A stretch of DNA of 64,000 bases from Octopus sinensis (Eukaryota): positions 40,362,001 through 40,426,000 of the forward strand of contig NC_042998.1 in assembly GCF_006345805.1 (NCBI RefSeq), in the 5' to 3' direction. Shown piece after piece: positions 13,491 through 26,469 of this stretch (within the stretch, counting starts at the first letter, position 1; the number at the start of each line of letters is the position of its first letter). The notes under the pieces were generated by a model. It was given only the letters and a program-made list of their open reading frames with translations. It made no database searches and was not told the origin of the DNA. Both the position numbers and the translations under genes were made by a program.

Positions 13491-16400
13491 AGAAGGAGGA
13501 TTACTTCACCAACAAGTGTGATTTGAATGACCTACATCAATTAATAAAAAAATAATGCCCACTTTGTATTATTTTTGGTAAGAACCATTGTACTTAATCC
13601 ATAACAAATGAAGAATTCTTTGAAAAGAGTTATCTGCAGGAAGCTTTTTCTGGACAGCTGTTTATGAAATGTGAATAATTTGCTGCGGCAAGATAAAATA
13701 TTTTCTGTTTCCTTATCTCAACTCTAACACCAAATAAATTATTGAGATTCAATGATTCATTAGAGTTATTAATGTCATTCTATTCACACTTTCTAATTGA
13801 GATAAAAATGATAAATGAAACCTTACTAAGATAAAACAGAAAATGTGAACTGTTACAATATGTGAATATCCTATCTAGACATATTAGGAAAGAATGTCAA
13901 ACCAACAATTTAAGATTTGAAAGTAATTAAAAAGCAATTTGAAAAGGTGTCTATGAGGTTAAATTGGGAATTAATCAACAATAAAAAAATATAATCCATG
14001 TAAATTAAACTAGATAACAAAAACTAGACCTGTACTGAGTCAGAAGACATTATTATTAATGTATGGTTAATGTTCTGAAGTTGGTTTAAGCAATGTTCAA
14101 TAATAAACAACATGAAATTATTTTAAAAATGTATTAAGATCTTTTTCCTTGGCAACTGTGATGTTTTATAAAGTTAATTCTATTTTTTGTTACTGTACAC
14201 AACTTATTTTCCTTAATTAGTCAAGCCAGTCACTTGAAATAGAACAAATGAAGAGTTAACACAGAGGGTACATACATTTTCAGTTTGGAACCAATACACT
14301 GTGATACCTGCCAAAAAACGGTAGTAGATAGAAAAAGGAAAAGATTTCTCTTATGGAATTAGACTTGTGCCTAGTTAGGAGGTATCAGTCTTTCCTCTCA
14401 AGAATTTCCTCCCAGCTCATATCTTTCTTGTAAGGTATCAATTTGCAAATGAGAACATTAAAAGTATAAGTTTCATCTGTTTCAGAGAGCCTACAAAATC
14501 ATGAGTATCGTCCCTTCAATAAGAATCAACAAGCAAAAGAAAGAAAAAGATGTGGAAGGCTTCTGTGTGGAAAACTCAACAACTTTCACAAGAGAAATTT
14601 AGAATGTAGAAGTTAATAATGTACATGATGATGACAGCAATGATGTTCAGAGATGTAAAAAGTTGTTTAGATATTGGAGCACATAAGCTCAAGAGCATTT
14701 TTTAAAATTATACAATAAACATTGTATTATAAAACCTTAAAGCAAAGAATAATTCTCTAATGGCTTCAGAAATCTGCTTAATTGAAAAGTTAGCAGTTTT
14801 CTAGCCTCACATATAAAGGATTACTGTAAAAAGGGGTAAAAAACATTTGCTCCTGCAATTTGCATAAAATGCTCAAGTTAGCAAAACCATGCTAAGAAGG
14901 GGAAAAAAATCATAACAGAAAATATGTAAATTTATAGGCAGAATTGTATCAAACAATTTATTAAAACATGAAAGTGCAAAAGAAAACTAAGTGGTCTGTT
15001 TAGATTTGTTTCCATGCCATATTTTTTTTTGCTATATCTTATAAATTAAGGTCTTTATTAATTTTTGATTTAATGTCATAGTGTGATGATAAGAATTAAG
15101 TGGTATTGATGGATTTTAGATCATTTCTCCAGTTTTCATTCTGATATAAGACTTATCCTAATCAGCTTATAAAAATATAGACAACAGGAATTATTTGTCA
15201 AAAGGCCTCGAGCTACAGTGTTCTATAATCAAATACAACAGTTTATAGTCATATTAATGATTTGGTCTTGGCATTTCATTCAGAAATTACAATACAATTT
15301 TGAAAACATCTGCATGAACAACCAGATATCAAAACTAGGACAAATGTTAACAAATATTTAAGATTACTGATAAGAACAAACAAAATTTCATTGATGTAAA
15401 CAATCTACTTTACAAATAACTTAAGTGGTATAATGAATTCAGACAAAAAACATTTTCACTAAAGGGAGACAGGTATTGAAATTGAGAGAGTAGTGAACAA
15501 TGCATTTATTTTAGGTCTATTATATAATGGTAAAAGTTATGGAAAATAAGTATTCAAATGTTTTAGGTAAATGTTCAGCAAAAAGGGTTAGTCTAGCCAA
15601 TAACTAAATAAATTTGATCGGTAAAAGAGAATTACAACAACCAAAATATTAATTTCTTAGAGAACTGTAAGACCTGCAAGGCAGATATTGACAGATTCAT
15701 TAGAGCTTCAGATAAAATGGCTTGCAATATGTTTTGGCTCTTTGTAGTCTGAGATCAAACCTGGCTGAGGTCAACTTTGTATTTCATTGCATTGGATATT
15801 GATAAACTGAGATCCGTGGATTGGCAGAATTGTTAGAGCATTGAACAAGATATCTTTACAGTATCTATTCTGGTAATTTTTTTCTTGTGATCAAATTCTA
15901 CTTAGAAGCCAGCATTAATCACCCAACCACAAGAACATCCCATTCAACCCACAATTGGCCAACATAGACAGGCACACCTACAACCAGCATAGCTGAGAAC
16001 AAGTGATGGTATGTTGAAACTTTTATCCAGCAACATACTGACAAAAGTTGAATGGAACTGTCTTGCCACACAAATAATATAGAAAAGATAAACAAAACAC
16101 CAGATATAAAATATGAATCACTATAGTTATGCATGGGAAAATATTCCAAAACCTTTTTACATGATAATTAAGCTGCAGGAAATTAAATTTTTTCTTCAGT
16201 ATGTTAATACACACAAACACAAATTTATCATCCCTCTTTTCCCTAGAGATTACACTCAGCAACCAATTATCTCTATATTTCCCCATCTTACATAACTCTT
16301 TCAAGTTTAAGCCACCGAGAGAGCTTCAACACAACTAATTCTGAAACAATGCACCACAATGCGCAGGTACCCAGGTGCACTACCAATTTTTATAATTTAA

Positions 16401-19099
16401 GGCTTTAAAAATTCACTCTAATATATGAATACTTTGAAAACTATTGTTCATAATTTTGTTATATACAAGTATGATTAACAAAACAAAGTAAACAATCAGT
16501 TTTTATATATATTTAAAAAAAAATGTAACTTTAAAATAATTTTTGAAACTTTCCAAACAATATGTGATCTTCAGTTCTACACAAACTCAATAGCATTGAG
16601 AACTGCTGCTCTGTAGTCTTTCTACCCACTTGAAATATCAATAAAATCTTTCTTATACCACACCTTATCTTTCATAAATAACATAGGATAATATGTTAGG
16701 TAACAGGATAATATGGAAGATACATGACGGAACATATTTGATTATCTGTCTGCTGGATCGAGATTAATTTGGGGCTATACAAAACAACTTTCAAACTCAA
16801 ATTGTATGAATGAATGTTTCAAACATTCCAAACTCAAAAGTGTGCTAATAGTTGTTTCTGACTATTACAAGATAACAAAACAATGTTGTTGGGTTGAGAA
16901 CCAAACACGTCCTTTGTTTGTGATGACACAAATTTCAAAATCTACTTCAGACACTGAAGACTCCAAAATTTAGCCTACTGCAATTTTTTTTTTAAACTAT
17001 AAAATGATTCAACAACAACAGGTTGCATAGGACTTGTGCCTCTTATCAGATGGAGAAGAAGCTATCAATAAATTTCATATTTAATTTCACTGATAGTGCA
17101 TGATCCCAAAATCAACAGCATATAGTAAACTTTTTATACTTAAAATCAATTTTCTTATTTCATGCCAGTGTCATTTAAAAACATCATGTCAGTGCAACAA
17201 AAAAAAAAAATGCACCCAGCACACTCTGTAAAGTGGTTGGTATTAGGAAGGATATTCAGTCATAAAAACCATGCCAAAGCAGACTGGTACCTGGTGCAGC
17301 TCTCCAGCCCTGGTCAAACTGTCCAACCCATGCCAGCATGGAAAACCGACATTAAATGACAATGATGATTTAAAATTTTATGATATCACATACAAAATGC
17401 ATATTTGGTCCTCATAAAGCTGGAATGTTTCCCATCACTCGTAGCTTCAAAGGGACAACATACATAAACTCATCTCAGAGACAGTACGATTATATACAGA
17501 TTTGTTACTCAGATGCAGCTCTGGCAGAATTCCTGTTTCAGGCCTTGAATCATTGAACTACATTAGTTCAACAAGGTGAACCTATGTTGTTTCTTCTGTT
17601 TCATGGATCTGGAGTTAATTCATTAATCCGTAGACATAACAAACTCAGATGACATTTCATAGTGATCATTATTCATGATGGAGTGAAAATAGTATCTACA
17701 ACACTAGGTTTCCTATTCAGGACCAGAAACTAATTTAGATTTGAACAATTGTTGCTACCCACTTTCCTCTTACAACACTATTCATATATCTGGACACCAC
17801 ACAGGGTCGTTAATCTGATAAGTAAACTAACTCTAACCAATTGCTATTCAAGACACACAACACTAACTTACAATGTATCAATTCCTTTTCCACTTGACAG
17901 TCTCTGAACAAGATCTCAACTAAATCCTTATCCCTGAGAACATTCCCTCTCCAAGGATTGTAAGTACTGATCCTTATCTACAGACTAACTAATGAAAAAA
18001 ATGTCAAAGTCAATCAAGACAGAATTTGTGTTTATATGACTATAGGCTTAAGTGTGTTACTAACAACCTTTTATGAGAATATGGAATATAACTTCTAGCA
18101 GTTTGTTTTTTTCTCTGAATGAAGGCAGATTTTCTGTCCGGATTGATCTTCATTATTAAGCAATTTTAACATGAAATAACCACGATTTCAATTTTTAAAA
18201 GAGATCATCTACTCCAAAAGATGCATCCCTGCTTTCTATCTGAAATGCAAAATACTGTTTAACCTACATTTGACAAATTTCTTTTCCTGAGAACTATTTA
18301 CCTTACTTTAAAAGAATAGCAATTATGAAGCTGCTTCAATTAATTATAAAAGACTAAATGTTTCTCATGACTAAAAGGTGTTGAAACTGACGAAGACATT
18401 AGAAAGTTAGATAAGATGATTTAAATATCTAGTTCACTGAATCATGATAATCAGTTCAAGGTCGTTTCAGGAAGAGATCCTAATATATCAAATTAAGGAT
18501 GTCCTTTTAAATGCTCTAAGTTCAGTAGTTCTCAAGCTGACAACTACTACACTCTCGTCATTCCCACCTCCTTCTATTGATGAGGAACAAAAAGAAAATT
18601 TATTAAACACGACGATTTGTCTGCTCCCTTTACAATCCGTCCATCCCCAACAACGAAACACACTGGAGTAGTGAGCTGTACAGTACGGCACAATATTTCT
18701 TTGGTTTTCTAATCCTCTCTTTCAATTTCCAAACTTTTCCCGCCTAGTGTTTCATTCTTTACTAGTAGTTTCCATTCCATTTCTACTTTCTTTTTCGTTA
18801 TCTAGAAACCACGTTTTTTTTTTATCGTAACCACAGCATGTGCTTATTTCATTCTTTCTCAGTTTTTACCAATTTTCAAAATTACTTGAATTTAGAAAAT
18901 CATTATACAGTATATGAAAAATTATAAATCCGAACATACAAAAAGCACGTTACTTTCTTGAGGTTAACTTGTATATTAAAAAAAAAAAAAAAGAATACTG
19001 TTTAAAGTACACGTATCAATGAACAGGTCATAGCTGCACGGAACAAAGTGAATTTAGTACATTGATCATCACAGTGTAAAAAACCCAAAAAACACTCAT

Positions 19100-19164
<65 letters not shown>

Positions 19165-20985
19165 TGGCAAGGTTAGTAATGTCTTTTTTGAAAGACGAAA
19201 CACCTTCAAATGAGCTATGAAAAATCTTGAATTTTTACAACAGCAACAACAATAATAAGGAACCGATGTAGTTATAATTGTGTAACACAAAATAGGAGAT
19301 CGACAATTTAAAATCCTTTATTCGCTTTGTGGATTCCCTAATATCTCAACAGAAACGTCTACCTACAGATTACAAGAAAACCCCTATTTTCCCCTGCAAC
19401 TAAGGAAGTATATCTTAAATGAACGAATAATAATAAAACATTTACAGTTATTTTCAACATTGGAATAATAACACCCCTCCCCCCAAAATACTGAAAGACA
19501 GAAGCAATAGATTCGAAGTACAGAGTGATGGAGTAATAGCCATTGAATGGCACGTTGGCTAAGGTATTTAGATGAGTTTACTCATGCCAGCTATCATACT
19601 ATACCCTATATTGATATGCATGTAGTTGTCGATTTTAACTTTCACGCATATTTACAGATGGTGTCACGCGAGTCTTTAAATTTTCAATTACTGGAGCTTT
19701 CTATATTAGTGCTTTCTAGAGCTTAAGTATATATTTTTTTACAATTACGCTGCTTTTCTCTCGTTTTAAGAAAGATAGGTATAAGCTTGATTCAACTCCG
19801 AAGGTAAACTTAATTCAATTAATTATCTTATGTGAACTTACAGAATGTAACAAAAATTAGAAAACAATTTCATACAAATCGAGCATGATTATCGAATTTC
19901 AGAAACAAATGAAGCAAGTTGAAACATGTAATTTACTAATTTAGCTGTAGGCCTATCCTGATCAAGTAAACTTTTGATCAAAGATATTCCAACCGTGGCC
20001 ATCCATTCTTTTTGTGTATCGCGGACTGTCCTTGGAGATCGGATGTAATTTGAGGGTAATTTGGCTGCTATTTCTAGCAAGTCGAGAGACTGCAGAGAGG
20101 ATGTCATAACAGGATCGTACTTTCTAAGTCTTCAAAAAAGGAGTGTAGAAGACAAGTGAATCTAAAATAACAGGAAATTTGTTAAGAATTCAAATTTCTG
20201 CAATACCACGATATTTTACAAAGACACAAAATCTCCGATTTATAAGGGAAACTAAATATGACATTGTGGTATTGATATACTTAGGAGTATAAAGAATTAT
20301 AGAGTTATTTCAGCAGGGAATAGAAACGGAGTAACATGTACGAGTGAACTTTCACTTACATTACGATAACCTCAGAGATTTTTCACATAACGTTATATAA
20401 TAAAAATTATAGTAAAAGAATTACTCTATTTTTGCTTATATTATTAAATAGGCAACCGAGAAAATTAGAAAGTGATCTAATAGATATCAGAAATGTGAAT
20501 AACCTTTTGCTTAATTGTGAAAGAGTGCGAGTGAAGGAACAAAGCCGACAGAAAGTTAAAGTTAGCCTCCTAAACATATATCGTCTGCATTAAAGTGAAA
20601 CTGAATGAACGAACGAGCGAATGAATGAAACCTGAAACGTGATTTTAAAGGGTTAGATTACAAAATTATGCATGATGTTTCAACGTGTTCTATTAGGAAA
20701 AAGCAATGTGCTTATTTCAGTTTTAAGAACCTCTAGAAACTAGCTTCAACATGAAATAATCTAATAAGAATTAGATATTCATAGACACGTGTAGTTAGGT
20801 TGAGTTATAAGTAAAGTACGCAGAGAGGTAGAGATTTAAAAAATAAAGCATGACAAACTGAAATTATGAGAAATGATAAATAAAATTGATTTTAAGCAAG
20901 TGTTAATGCGAATGGAGAGAAAGAAAAATGCAGAGTACAACGGAAGAATAAAATGAAAGTAGATATAAAAATAAGAGTGCCTTAC

Positions 20986-21173
20986 TTGTGGTTGTTGACA
21001 TGAAAAGGCCGGACCCAGGCAACCAAACAAACAACTGTGGCCAGAAACAGAACGATGAAGTAATAAATACCTATCTTGACATAGTACCTGAAGTGTCCAC
21101 TAAATGAATACAGAACCGGTATGGTCAGTAAAATCAGAAGGAAAATCCAGAATATTATGTCCCAAAAACCCAT
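20986..21173 (-). CDS. AGPAT1: First coding exon of a 1-acyl-sn-glycerol-3-phosphate acyltransferase (AGPAT1/2-like, LPAAT)
   Basis: ATG at 21173 gives MGFWDIIFWIFLLILLTIPVLYSFSGHFRYYVKIGIYYFIVLFLATVVCLVAWVRPFHVNNH(K). This matches the two-hydrophobic-segment N-terminus of vertebrate AGPAT1/2 (...KYFFKMAFY...ILFLAVLAIPVCAVRGRNVENMK). It ends at a GTAAGG donor in phase 2, the phase of AGPAT2 intron 1. Catalytic exons were not found in the window, and AGPAT1 versus AGPAT2 cannot be resolved. Confidence 0.85.
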
Positions 21174-21289
21174 ATTTGTTGGGGTTTTAACAGAAACGTA
21201 TAGAGAAAAATATCGAAGTTTTATATCAGTTTCTTCTTGGTGTATATAATTTGTGGTAATTAAGTGTCCGTGTAAATACAGAAGGCCAA

Positions 21290-21560
21290 AGTGTGTTTTC
21301 ACGACGTCACCGATTAATGGCTATAATAACAAACGTGTGGAGCTTAATAATATTATCGAACTGGTGGTGCATTAAATGGAAGGTAGTAGGTTAAAATAGC
21401 TGGAGAAACAAGGTCAGGTCTGAAAAAGAAAAGCACAGCGAAACCGAGAGTAAGAAAGGACGACTTCGATTGAAGATAGTTCTTCAGGGTCTAACGATTT
21501 GTCATACTTCAGTCGGAAGTATTCGGCAGTTTCCGCCTACCACTTCACGAACATAATTAC
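21290..21560. promoter_or_regulatory. CpG-retaining putative (bidirectional) promoter upstream of the AGPAT exon
   Basis: High local CpG density against a CpG-poor background. CRE-like ACGACGTCAC at 21301-21310 and ETS-like CGGAAGT near 21514. Lies directly 5' of the AGPAT ATG. Confidence 0.55.
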
Positions 21561-21728
21561 AACAGCTGACGTTATCTCATTTCGCACTCGCGGTTTACAT
21601 CGAAAGATCTCTTATTTCTAAATCTCACTTTTTGTTTTCTTCTCATTTTATCGCTTCCATGTAATAATTAAAAGTTTGACTATTATTAAAATACAGTATG
21701 TTAGATGAGTACAATTTTTTTTTTACAG

Positions 21729-21766
21729 ATTTGAAGGATCTGCATTCGAGCTAAACAGCGGAATGT
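21729..21766 (+). other. Candidate short exon of a divergent plus-strand transcript
   Basis: Strong acceptor (T)10-ACAG at 21728 and donor GTATGT at 21767; the exon ends ...GGA ATG T. A plausible upstream donor GTAAGA lies at 21450. No homology support. Confidence 0.3.
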
Positions 21767-21908
21767 GTATGTGAAAGTAGCAGATTAGTTACTTATTCAT
21801 TCTGAAAACTTGAACACGAGGAAATGCATTAAAAAATTTCTGTGTCATCATTGGTTGTCACGAAATTTGAAGTAGAATCAAGAGTAAAAAAAGACAAATG
21901 TATATACA

Positions 21909-22278
21909 TCTCTCTATATATAAACGGCAGTTTGTCTGTGTGTGTTTCTGTGTGTCTGTTAGGTTGTACCCTCACCCTGACCACGGCTTTCAACCGATTC
22001 TGATGAAACTTGACACACACATAGCCCAATGTCATAATTCAAAACTAACGCAGCGAAAATTTTGAAAAGTTCCCCCAGTTCTGAAAAAAATCGATAAATT
22101 CGACATGGGGTCGAGAATCAGAAACACAAACCACAGACTGTCTAGGGGACGCAACTCGACCTTTTTAACTAAAAAAAAATTTACCATAATTTTTTTCCAT
22201 TTTTTGCCTATAACTCACTAAAAATGCTTTATAGTTATTTTCCTTACAAACCCGAGCAACGCCGGGCGATACTGCTAG
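21909..22278 (+). mobile_element. Non-autonomous Helitron, 370 bp, apparently young
   Basis: Starts with TC after a host A (21908). Subterminal hairpin CCCG-AGCAACGC-CGGG (22251-22266), ends CTAG (22275-22278) before a host T, no TSD, internal GT-rich tract, CpGs retained. Confidence 0.85.
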
Positions 22279-23009
22279 TATATATATAAACAAGAGTGTA
22301 TAATATATCATCAAGGAAACGAAACTTATGCATCAGGGCATGAAAGATATTCCCTGCCTTATGAAAGTGTTGCGTCCCTGAAAATCTTGCCGGAGCGCGA
22401 ATTCTGTAATGACCTGTCACAAACTGAGAGACGTTCCCGTAGAATTTTCTTTCAGAAAGAAACAATACAACTACTTTGATGCAGGCAACTATCGATTTCT
22501 AAACTTGGTACAAGTGTTCATAAATACATTTGAAGAGGAATACAATAGTGAATAATACAGTTATATCGTAGTACAATACGAACTCATTGCATATGATATT
22601 GAGGGCTGTGGGATGACTGATGGGAGATGGGGGAAGAGAAGTACTGTCTTCTGCCCTGTAGATCATCAGTATCTGATGCAGGGTGAAGAACTTGTCCAAA
22701 GTTGTCTAAGACTAAAGGTATACTTTCTCTGTCTGCAATTCAATGTAAGAATTGTTCATCATGAACTCCCATCAATTTTTTATGTTCAAAATTAGGATCC
22801 TTATCAGCAAAGATTTGCAGACTTTCCTCCCGTAAGTGCCAACCCTTTAGCCACATTCTTTGCAATCAACTGGAGTGAGTGGAATTTGTCTTTTCTCCTT
22901 GTCCCAAAATTCACTCTTATTCTAGCCTCATTAATTTCTCTATACACAAGCTTTTTTCTAAGGGACTCTAGCAAATCAATCACATCATCTGTGACTACCT
23001 ATTTATTAT

Positions 23010-23627
23010 TTCGAACTTTAGGTCTCACCGAGGAAATGACTAGAGACCTTTGGAAGTATGCTGTGCGTGAGAAGACCCGGCAGGACAAGTGAGACCATAA
23101 CCCGTGGCCTCTACATGGGATGTAGCCAGTTCACTTATGCATACCTTTCCTTCTTGGGACACAAAACTCTACTTGTGAAGACCTGTTGAGGCAAGTGAAA
23201 ATTGAAATTGATCAACATCAATGGAAATTGCAGTTGTGATACCAGTGCTGGTGGTACGTAAGAGAACCATCCGAACGTGGCTGTTGCCAGCGCTGCCTCG
23301 ACTAGCCTCGTGCCAGTGGCACGTAAAAAGCACCATCCGATCGTGGCCGTTTGCCAGCCTTGCCTGGCCCCCGTGCCGGTGGCACGTAAAAAGCACCATC
23401 TGATCGTGGCTGTTTGCCAGCCTCATCTGGCACCTGTGCCAGTGGCATGTAAAAAGCACCCACTACACTCACGGAGTGGTTGGCGTTAGGAAGGGCATCC
23501 AGCCGTAGAAACATTGCCAGATCAGACTGGGCCTGGTGCAGCCTTCTGGCTTCCCAGACCCCAGTTGAACCGTCCAACCCATGCTAGCATGGAAAGCAGA
23601 CGCTAAATGATGATGATAATGATGATG
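23010..23627 (+). mobile_element. 5'-truncated RTE LINE 3' end: ORF C-terminus, ~63-bp tandem units and (GAT)n tail
   Basis: RTLGLTEEMTRDLWKYAVREKTRQDK* matches the C-termini at 32238-32498 and 49067-49420. It is followed by repeated GTGCC-NGT-GGCAC units, the GGAAGGGCATCCAGC domain and GATGATGAT. Confidence 0.85.
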
Positions 23628-24038
23628 TTACAAAATCTTACTGAACTTGATGTAAACTTTCTGCGAGTAAAAAACCTATACAGTTATTGATAATCTCATT
23701 ATGTTTTACAAACACTGTAAATAGCTAAGAATTCCAAATCATTTGTTGACATTATCCAATGCAACTACAATGTTTAACTTTCCCTAAGGGTCCTAACTAT
23801 AAGTTTGCCCTCCCCATCAGCTACTTTTATGAATGATTTGAAAGTTCTCAAATGATATGCCATAAAGTTAGCTGTTACCTCTCAATCCATTGTCTGGAGC
23901 AAAGAAGTTATACTATATTCTCAAGAATACATGCCACATACACTTTATTAGAAAGATAATTTAAGTTTACTGGGTGGTTTGGAACAGTGTCTGAAAGGGG
24001 CAATGCTTTATTGGAAACATACCAGGATAAAGAGAGAG

Positions 24039-24087
<49 letters not shown>

Positions 24088-24199
24088 AGAAGAAGAAGAA
24101 AAATAAATGTTTTGAAGCCAGTTTTGGAAAATGTTTGTAGCCATCCAAACCCTCTTAACTGCCTTCTCATAGGCAGATTAAATCTATCAGTACTTGAAC

Positions 24200-24720
24200 A
24201 CTCTTGGATTTTCATAGTGATATAATTAGGAATTCTAATTTCATGTAATAAACACCATTTTCTCTTACATGAGTATCAAATAATCTTTTGAGAACTTTAA
24301 AGCATAGTACTAATTTTTATTCACTTGAAATAAAAATACGAGCTGGTATGAACTTCCAGAAGAAGCCAATCTCATCAACAGTGCATATTTGTTCTAGCAT
24401 GTAACCTCCTCTAGTATATTTTTCAGTTTAGTGGGATAAGTAGTTGCAGCCTCTGTATCAGTAATGATAGTTTCACCAGTCATTTTAATGTAGGGCAAAT
24501 CAAGGTGCTGGCTAGCCTTTACTACATTAAAAAAAAAGTCTTGTATCAGAAGCTGCAAATCTTCATACAATCTTTTCAGTTCCACTTGAATGACAACCAT
24601 ATTTATCAGCACATTATGTCCTTTCTTATTATTGATTTGCATACTCAAGAGCAGTTCCAGTTTTAGCATCACTTCTGATCTATGAAAAGCCAATGTCTGG
24701 TATTTAATAAAGTAGCTGCT
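24200..24720 (-). mobile_element. Tigger/pogo transposase remnant
   Basis: RSEVMLKLELLL (CENP-B-type HTH region), IKMTGETIITDTEAATTYPTKLKNILEE and, after a frameshift, TVDEIGFFWKFIPARIFISSE (pogo DETGLFWKRMP motif). Confidence 0.8.
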
Positions 24721-25764
24721 TAGACACTTGAACTAATTTTATCTTTTTTGTCTTTAAGTCACATAATGTTCCCACTAGAGACATTGCAAGCGTTAATGTT
24801 ATTGCAATGTGGCTGCTTTTTTTTTTCATCTGCATCAGACCTTTGAAACACATCAAGTTTAATATCTAGTGTGACCCCTTTACATTTTTCTCACACAAAT
24901 GCTTTCACTTCCACTTAACTTGGGTAAGAGTAATGTACTATTTCTTACAAAATCCAACAAGAGTGATGTCAGACATAAAAAAAAATCCCCACAAATATTA
25001 AAATAAAAGAATCCGAGAAAAATCGTGATGTTTGTGCATTGGAGAAGCAGCAGAGAAATGTATTGTTATTGGCAGGCCATTGAAGTATGTTGACATGTTT
25101 ATAACATCAAACCTAAACAATCTGTGTCAGCATCGAAATGACTTACAAAGTCATTATGGATTTCCTTTTTGAACTATTCAAGTTATATTGTTCTTACATC
25201 TGATGATTCTCTTCTAACCAAAGTTTTTTGTCATTCTGTAGGGACCTTTAGGGGTCATTCCATCTTTTCTTTTTAAAATCTTCTGCAAATGTACTAGATC
25301 TTAAGTTAATCCACCCTTTGAGAAATTTTTAGGTAGGAGGATTTTTTTTTACTTTCGTTTACAAAACGTTTTCTGTTTATGTTATAGGTTTTTGGTTTTT
25401 TTGCATCACAGTGATATTTATACAAAATATTTTGTGAAAGCAGAGTCGCTCTTGGTTTGGAGTACAAGTATTGCATTACACTGCTTATCATTGCTTTAGT
25501 ATATTATATAATACTAGTTATAACTTCTTTTCTTTGAAGCATATTGACTAGAATTAAGTATAGCAGTCATATGACCAAACAGAATTTAGATATACTCCTG
25601 ATAATACCAAATAATAAATATGTCATCTGCATATAAATAATAAATATGCGGTGCTCCAGCATGGCCACAGCTTGTGAGCTGAAACTAGATGAAATAAAAA
25701 AACAAAAAAAATATATTCATTGAGCTACTGATATTACTCCTGCTATTTTCAGAGATGAGTGGAG

Positions 25765-26200
25765 ACCCAAGAAGACATGGGATAAAGTACTGAAGGATGA
25801 TTTCAGGACACAGAACCTTATGACAAAGGACTGAGATATCTGGTGCTTTGCTGTACTCAAGAAGACCCATCCTTCTCAGCAAAAGTGTAAAATGCAGCTC
25901 CCCCTGCTGAAGAGGATTAGTTTGCAAAAGCCCAGAACCCCAGAACCAATGCCATGTAAAAAGTACCCATGTCAGCGCCATGTAATAACGCACATGCTGT
26001 CACTATGTAAAAGCACCTGGGCCAGTGTCATGTAAAAGACACCCTGCACACTCTGTAAAGTGTTTGGTGTTAGGAAGGGCCTCCAGCCATAGAAACTGAG
26101 TCAAATCAGACTGGAACCTGGTGCAGCTCTGGTCAAACTGTCTAACCTGTGCCGGCATGGAAAATGAGCGTTAAAGTATGATAATGATGATGATGATGAT
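25765..26200 (+). mobile_element. Degraded RTE 3' end with tandem units and (GAT)n tail
   Basis: GGAGACCCAAGAAGACATGGGAT (GRPKKTWD), repeated TGTAAAA units, TTAGGAAGGGC domain and GATGAT tail. Confidence 0.7.
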
Positions 26201-26469
26201 GATATATATATATTCCTTAAATATGTTGGTCACTATTTGCAGTATTAAGTAAGCCATTGCTATCTTTTCTTACTTATGGGTCTACCATGTTTTCCATTCA
26301 GAAATGAAATATTATCCAGGGTCAAAATGATATAATCTGGCAGAATTTTTGTTCTTGGAGACTTCAATTTTCTTTCCATCCAGATATTTTTTCAATAGGA
26401 ATAGGGTATCTGAAGATATGAAATACAATGTTGATAATTGATGCAAGAAACAAAAGATTAACAATCTAG

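Noticed and set aside
15906-16009. Plus-strand AG...GT segment (KPALITQPQEHP...)
   Set aside because: Stops in all three frames, and the acceptor derives from an adjacent SINE B fragment.
19889-20107. 72-aa ATG ORF (MTSSLQSLDLLEIAAKL...) in AGPAT intron 1
   Set aside because: Its N-terminal part is the antisense of a dispersed repeat motif (TTTGGCTGCTATTTCTAG...AGAGG) seen elsewhere in the window; no homology support.
22003-22020. CTGATGAAAC inside the Helitron as a possible hammerhead
   Set aside because: No helix II or separate GAAA; it is a common Helitron internal motif.
23239-23462. CRISPR-like regular repeat array
   Set aside because: Eukaryotic context, no unique spacers; it is the RTE 3' UTR tandem unit.
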